From assembly GCA_965261085.1 (NCBI GenBank), contig OZ253442.1:3712001-3776000 (forward strand): 64,000 nucleotides of DNA, read 5' to 3'. This DNA is from a bacterium (lineage in GTDB: Bacteria; UBA8248). The translations under genes were made by a program, and so were the position numbers. Under the pieces are notes generated by a model, which was not told the DNA's origin, did no database searches, and worked only from the letters and a program-made list of their open reading frames with translations. Positions 59,540 through 64,000 of this stretch are shown piece after piece (positions within the stretch are counted from its first letter, which is position 1; each line of letters starts with the position of its first letter).

Positions 59540-59790
59540 CTACTCACCGTCGAAGAAGTACTCGAAGCGGAATGCCGTGACGCTCTGGGCCGGTAATAAT
59601 ACGAGCACAGAGTGAAGCCAAGCCAGAGCAATCGGAACGGCTACCGTCGGGGTCGTCTCAAGACGGCGGAAGGGTTCATCTAATACGCGGCCCCTCAGAT
59701 TGTGGGCCGAGAAGAAGCGTTCTGCTCGACGATCCGGGACAACCTCAAGGGGCGCACCGAGGCTCTTGAGAGGTTGTCGGTAGAGCGCCG
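59540..59790 (+). pseudogene. IS256-family transposase 5' relic
   Basis: VEEVLEAECRDALGR**YE...RNGYRRGRLKTAEG with in-frame stops. Confidence 0.65.
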
Positions 59791-59882
59791 GTCAACCACC
59801 GCCAGGCAGTGCGCACCACGAAACTCTAGGAGCGGTTGTTCGTCGAAGAGCGAGGTTTCAGTCCGTCAATTTTCATATGAGA

Positions 59883-60926
59883 TCAGACTCGATTGATTTC
59901 TGATTCAGCTTTTTGAAGCTGTTCCATAATCCACGCGAAATCAGGAACACTCCCAAGAATCATGCCCTGCATGGCCCTGTAATCTCTTTCGATCAATGAG
60001 CGCAGTTCCGGTTGCGGCATCAACCGTACCGAGCCAGGGACAGCTTTCTCGAACTGCTTCCAGGCTTGGCGAAAAGCTATGAGGTTATGCTCTCGGACCG
60101 CATCCAGTAGATTGTTGTTCGAGAGAGCTGACCTGCCGGATTCAGTAGCCGTCATCATTGCGACATCGTAGTAATGGCGCGATATCAAGTCCCTGTCAGA
60201 CGGCAGACGCCCTTCATCTTCATATCCGTAGTACAGGCCATGCAGGATCAGCAGCTTCTCCCAATAAGTGCGCTCCGGGGCGAGGGTCCTGATGCCCTCC
60301 ACGCCAAAAGACCAGTCGAGCAGTTCGTCGGAGATGTAAGGGCTGACGGTGCATGTCAAGTTCGGGTCCAGCGCGGATCTCGCTCCCGCCTCGATCTTCA
60401 CGCGCGGGGACACGTAGGAAACATCTCTGCTCGCGTACAGGGTGGGATATTCTATAAAGAGTGTCTGCCGGCTGTTGTCATCCTCATCCGGTAGAACGCT
60501 GCACCCCTCCACCATCTCGTCAATCGACCTAGTTAATGCTGTTTTCAAATCTCCCAAAATGTATTCGCTGCAAGCCTTTGTGAGTTCTCTAAAGAGGACG
60601 CTGCGTCTCTTGTTGGAGATATCCGTTGCAATCGTCGGGTCCCCGTCCCCTTCGAAGCCTAGGCCATCGCGATAGACGACTAAGTCGATGTCCTCGGAGA
60701 ACCGCTCAATGAGACCGAAGGCCTTGGAGAGGGATGTTCCTCCCTTGAAAAGCAGCTTTGGATGCCTGTCAGGCAGCCCGCTGTAAAGAGCATTGAGAAC
60801 GTAACAGACCCAGAAGTCCTTTTCCACGTAACCGGGGAGTGTGCCGAGACGACTTGCCGACGCTTCGAACACGTCGCTTTTGTCCTGCTCTGACAGGACG
60901 AAAAAGGATGTGAATGCTTCATTCAT
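59883..60926 (-). CDS. abiEii: Type IV TA toxin, AbiEii family
   Basis: VEKDFWV, LFKGGTSLSKAFGLIERFSEDIDL, RTYWEK, SRHYYD. Confidence 0.9.
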   Translation of the reverse strand: MNEAFTSFFVLSEQDKSDVFEASASRLGTLPGYVEKDFWVCYVLNALYSGLPDRHPKLLFKGGTSLSKAFGLIERFSEDIDLVVYRDGLGFEGDGDPTIATDISNKRRSVLFRELTKACSEYILGDLKTALTRSIDEMVEGCSVLPDEDDNSRQTLFIEYPTLYASRDVSYVSPRVKIEAGARSALDPNLTCTVSPYISDELLDWSFGVEGIRTLAPERTYWEKLLILHGLYYGYEDEGRLPSDRDLISRHYYDVAMMTATESGRSALSNNNLLDAVREHNLIAFRQAWKQFEKAVPGSVRLMPQPELRSLIERDYRAMQGMILGSVPDFAWIMEQLQKAESEINRV

Positions 60927-61546
60927 GAAGAGAGAGTCTCGTCAGTCATAATACTGTTCACCAACGGCAGCGCCCAGCCGGGTAGGTCGCGACTGTTTTG
61001 GGCCAGGTCGCGCTTTACCGCGTCGGGGAGGCGGCGCTTCAGAATCGAGTCGACGCGGGCGTCCGAGGCGGCCCCAGGGCCAAGCCAACGGAGCGCCTGA
61101 ACGACCGGGGCCGCGGCTTTTCCCGCCCAGCGCATGACACTTGGACTCGCATGTCGGAACTGGAGAGTTCGCCCGTCGATCTCGATTGATCGAGAGACGC
61201 CATCCGTCACAAAACACGGCTTGGCGGGGACTGCGTTAGTGAGACCTAGCTGGTTGGCGGCCACCATGCCATCAGGCATAATTTGGATGCCGTCTCTCCG
61301 TACGATTGCTGCGATTGCGGCATCCAGGTCGACTGACGCGGGCCGCTTCAGCACACCGCTCATCCTCGGCTTGTCATATAAGCCACGACCGAACCGGCGC
61401 AGTCGGCCTGCCTTGACGAGACGCGACAAGGCTTGGTCAACGGCCTCACGGCTTCCGATATCCAGGAAATCCCTCGGCGTGCACACCCATCTCCTGCTAG
61501 CGTTTTCGGATATCCTGTCCATGATTTTATCGGCAATGGAACTCAT
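60923..61546 (-). CDS. Type IV TA antitoxin (DUF6088/AbiEi-like)
   Basis: DFLDIGSREAVDQALSRL...RGLY, AANQLGLTNAVP; ATGA overlap with the toxin. Confidence 0.85.
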   Translation of the reverse strand: MSSIADKIMDRISENASRRWVCTPRDFLDIGSREAVDQALSRLVKAGRLRRFGRGLYDKPRMSGVLKRPASVDLDAAIAAIVRRDGIQIMPDGMVAANQLGLTNAVPAKPCFVTDGVSRSIEIDGRTLQFRHASPSVMRWAGKAAAPVVQALRWLGPGAASDARVDSILKRRLPDAVKRDLAQNSRDLPGWALPLVNSIMTDETLSS

Positions 61547-61570
61547 TCGAGTATACCTCCCACTTCACGA

Positions 61571-61602
61571 ATGTCAGAAATATTATCATATCTATCTGAC
61601 AT
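61571..61602. promoter_or_regulatory. Inverted repeat upstream of antitoxin (putative operator)
   Basis: ATGTCAGA-N16-TCTGACAT. Confidence 0.55.
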
Positions 61603-61739
61603 ATCAAATGTATTCTAGCGATATCGACAAGTGCGAGCACCCATTATTAGTTTCTATCGAAACTACGGGTGGAGTGGTATTAGATTACGCATCGCGCGTT
61701 TGGGACCGACGGCTTCCGTTAGTACGTTTGCGCCTTCTA

Positions 61740-62019
61740 CCAGAAAGGCGAATAACAAAAGCAGCCAAAGAGGCTCCTGTTGGGGCTTTTCCCTCCTTTA
61801 TTTAGAGGCGATTTAAAATGGACTTTGGTTATATTCGTTTTTGTGTGCTTGACCTTTGGAGTTTCTGATCTCGTGTTTTGTTTCGTTTATAATCGCTTGT
61901 ACACGAAGGACTTAATTTCGAGCGGATTCAAAGCGAAAAGTGCTCGTGGTAGAGTTTCTATAGATAATGTTTCTGCCTTGTTGAAAATGCCAGTACCTCA
62001 TTATGAGGATGAGAAATGA
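61740..62019 (+). pseudogene. Small membrane protein relic (DUF2628/HrgC-like)
   Basis: KEAPVG, then a frameshift to FPPLFRGDLKW...FVYNRLYTKDLISSGF. Confidence 0.45.
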
Positions 62020-62405
62020 ATACAAAACATGAAACTTGAACAGAAAAAACTGAGCATGAAGAAGTAACAAAAAAGCAATATGAAGATGCTGTTAAGCATA
62101 TACTGCTGTATATGCTTGACGAGAAAGAACCACTAGAAAAGCGTGTGCCTACTCGTGAAGAACTGAGAAAAAATGGAAGCTAAAGAAGAGGCTGGGAGAG
62201 GAGCAGTAATGACATATGAAGGCCAAGAGGAGAAATCAGTGGCAAAAGACATATTACTTGAAATCCGTGAAACGTATATGGAACCTCCATGTGACATAGA
62301 AGATGAACAACGTGCTGAAGGAATACAAAATCATTTTAGAGATGCATTAGAAAAATTGCCTAAAGAAATTCAAAATGGTTTATCCGATTCAATGGAGCGA
62401 GATAA

Positions 62406-63791
62406 GAGTTACGGTCAAATCTGGTGTATGGCCGTCCTGAATCCAGCGGCCCTCCTGCCCGTTTCTTTTTCGTCCACACCATCGACGAACCTCACGTCGG
62501 CGATCACGTCTGCCAGATGACGGAAGCCGCGTAGCCGGCGCCATCGCTTCTCGGCGCTCATGGCGAGCTGATGAACCAGACTCAGCGCCGTCTTCTCGCT
62601 CAGGCAGTTCCTGGTCTTCGCCGTTCGCAGCCGAATGGTGGCGAAGGTCGACTCGATGGGATTCGTCGTCCGAAGGTGCCCCCAGTGCGCCGCAGGGAAG
62701 TCGTAGAAGGCGAGCAACTCCTCCCGATCTCTCGCCAGGCATTCGGCGGCCCTGGGGTACTTCGCCTCCCAGGTGGCGAGGAAGCGCTCGAACGCCTTGT
62801 GCGCATTCATCCGGGTGTCGGAGCGCCATATCTCATGCAGCATCGACTTCGCTTCGCCCTGAACGCGTTTGGGCAGCTTGTCGAGCACGTTCGCCGTCTT
62901 GTGCACCCAGCAGCGCTGCGCACGGGTCTCGGGATACACCTCGGCCAGGGCCGACCAGAACCCCAGCCCTCCGTCGCCCACCGCCAGCTTCGCCGCTTTC
63001 ACACCCCGGTCCCGCAGGCTCAACAGAACCGCTTTCCAGCTCTCCTTCGATTCACGGAATCCTGCTTCCAGAGCCAGGAAGCGCTTGCGGCCACGCGTGT
63101 CGCAGCCCACCACCACCAACAGACAACGCCGCTCCCCGCCGCGCACGTTCACGTAGATCCCGTCCGCCCACAGATACACGAACTCCTCGCCATGCCAGTC
63201 CCGCTCGCGCCACTGTGCGTACTCGCGCTCCCAGCCCTCCTTGAGCCGCGTGACCGTCGCCGGGGACAAGCCCCTCACCGATTCGCCGAACAGCGCCGTG
63301 AGCGCCTCACCGAAGTCGTTCGTCGATATCCCCTTCAGGTACAGCCACGGAATCACCGCCTCAACACGCCTCGTCTTCTTCAGATACGGCGGCAAAAGCT
63401 CCGAGCGGAAACACCGGCCAGCGCCCGACCTGTCCCGCGTCCGCGGAACCCGAACACGCACCGGGCCGACCCCCGTCAACACCTCCCGCGATGGCAGATA
63501 GCCGTTGCGAACGAGCGCGCGACGGCCCCGTGTGTCTCGCGCGGCCGAATGATCCTCCAGAAAGGCCCCTAACTCCGCTTCCACGGCATACCGGATGATT
63601 CGTTGCGCGCCCTCGCGCACCAGTTCGCTCAACTCGTCCCGAAAGGCTGGATTCATAAAGGGAATCGTCGTATCTTTCTGCATGGTGGCGCATCTCCTAT
63701 GTGCTGAATGACCGGGCTTCTGACAACCCTATTTCAGCAGGATGCGCCGCCTTCTTCAATTCAGCCCATACACCAGATCTGAATGTAACTC
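62406..63791 (-). mobile_element. Intact IS256-family element
   Basis: Imperfect terminal IRs GAGTTACGGTCAAATCTGGTGTATGG / CCATACACCAGATCTGAATGTAACTC; flanks GCGAGATAA and GCGAGAGATAA (near target duplication). Confidence 0.92.
62415..63683 (-). CDS. IS256-family transposase
   Basis: RNGY, YLWADGIY, AVGDGGLGFW, QRCWVHK, RTTNPIESTF. Confidence 0.95.
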   Translation of the reverse strand: MQKDTTIPFMNPAFRDELSELVREGAQRIIRYAVEAELGAFLEDHSAARDTRGRRALVRNGYLPSREVLTGVGPVRVRVPRTRDRSGAGRCFRSELLPPYLKKTRRVEAVIPWLYLKGISTNDFGEALTALFGESVRGLSPATVTRLKEGWEREYAQWRERDWHGEEFVYLWADGIYVNVRGGERRCLLVVVGCDTRGRKRFLALEAGFRESKESWKAVLLSLRDRGVKAAKLAVGDGGLGFWSALAEVYPETRAQRCWVHKTANVLDKLPKRVQGEAKSMLHEIWRSDTRMNAHKAFERFLATWEAKYPRAAECLARDREELLAFYDFPAAHWGHLRTTNPIESTFATIRLRTAKTRNCLSEKTALSLVHQLAMSAEKRWRRLRGFRHLADVIADVRFVDGVDEKETGRRAAGFRTAIHQI

Positions 63792-64000
63792 GCGAGAGAT
63801 AAGAATGAAATTAAATGTTGGTACAACGTTGTTTTGTTATCTCTAGAGAGTCGTGAAGAACTTAAAATAAGAAAATATAGGTCTCTTTGTTTTGAGGATA
63901 TTGAAGGAAACGTATTCGTTTACGGAGAAAGAGTCTTAATTCAATCATGAGTTAACAAAAATATGCGGATTTAAGTAAATAATTCCCTACCAATTAGCTA

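Larger units (their letters stand above)
62209..63950 (+). pseudogene. Low-GC hypothetical gene interrupted by IS256
   Basis: MTYEGQ...SMERD before the IS joins in frame with KNEIKCWYNVV...ERVLIQS* (stop 63948-63950) after it. Confidence 0.65.

Overview
Bacterial accessory region (GC-rich backbone with lower-GC cargo blocks; no rRNA, tRNA or CRISPR array seen) made of two diverged, inverted copies of a mobilisable-element module (about 22.4-28.8 kb and 47.2-54.9 kb). Each copy has an RHH gene, palindromic GTATGC-N5-GCATAC boxes, an F-plasmid-like nic site (hairpin + TGCGTGGGGTGT^G) and a co-oriented putative leading-region gene train (DUF2493/SLOG, Toprim in one copy, ssb, a 48-aa acidic ORF missing from the ORF track, a Cys/Arg-rich protein and two small ORFs). 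A TraD-type coupling protein and a MOBF relaxase-helicase lie at 4.2-9.2 kb, and a tandem pair of tyrosine integrases with att-like DNA lies at 30.6-33.5 kb. The cargo is dense in defence genes: a CapH/CapP-type regulated E2 CBASS (CD-NTase, E2, 2TM-SAVED), two AbiE type IV TA pairs, an uncharacterised two-gene system, an AbiJ-N/DUF559 nuclease, an ABC-ATPase/TOPRIM pair and two large nuclease-STAND-like proteins. Also present: a 5'-truncated Calx-beta autotransporter, an HU/IHF gene, one intact IS256 and many IS/integrase relics. All calls come from motif reading by eye; no database search was run.
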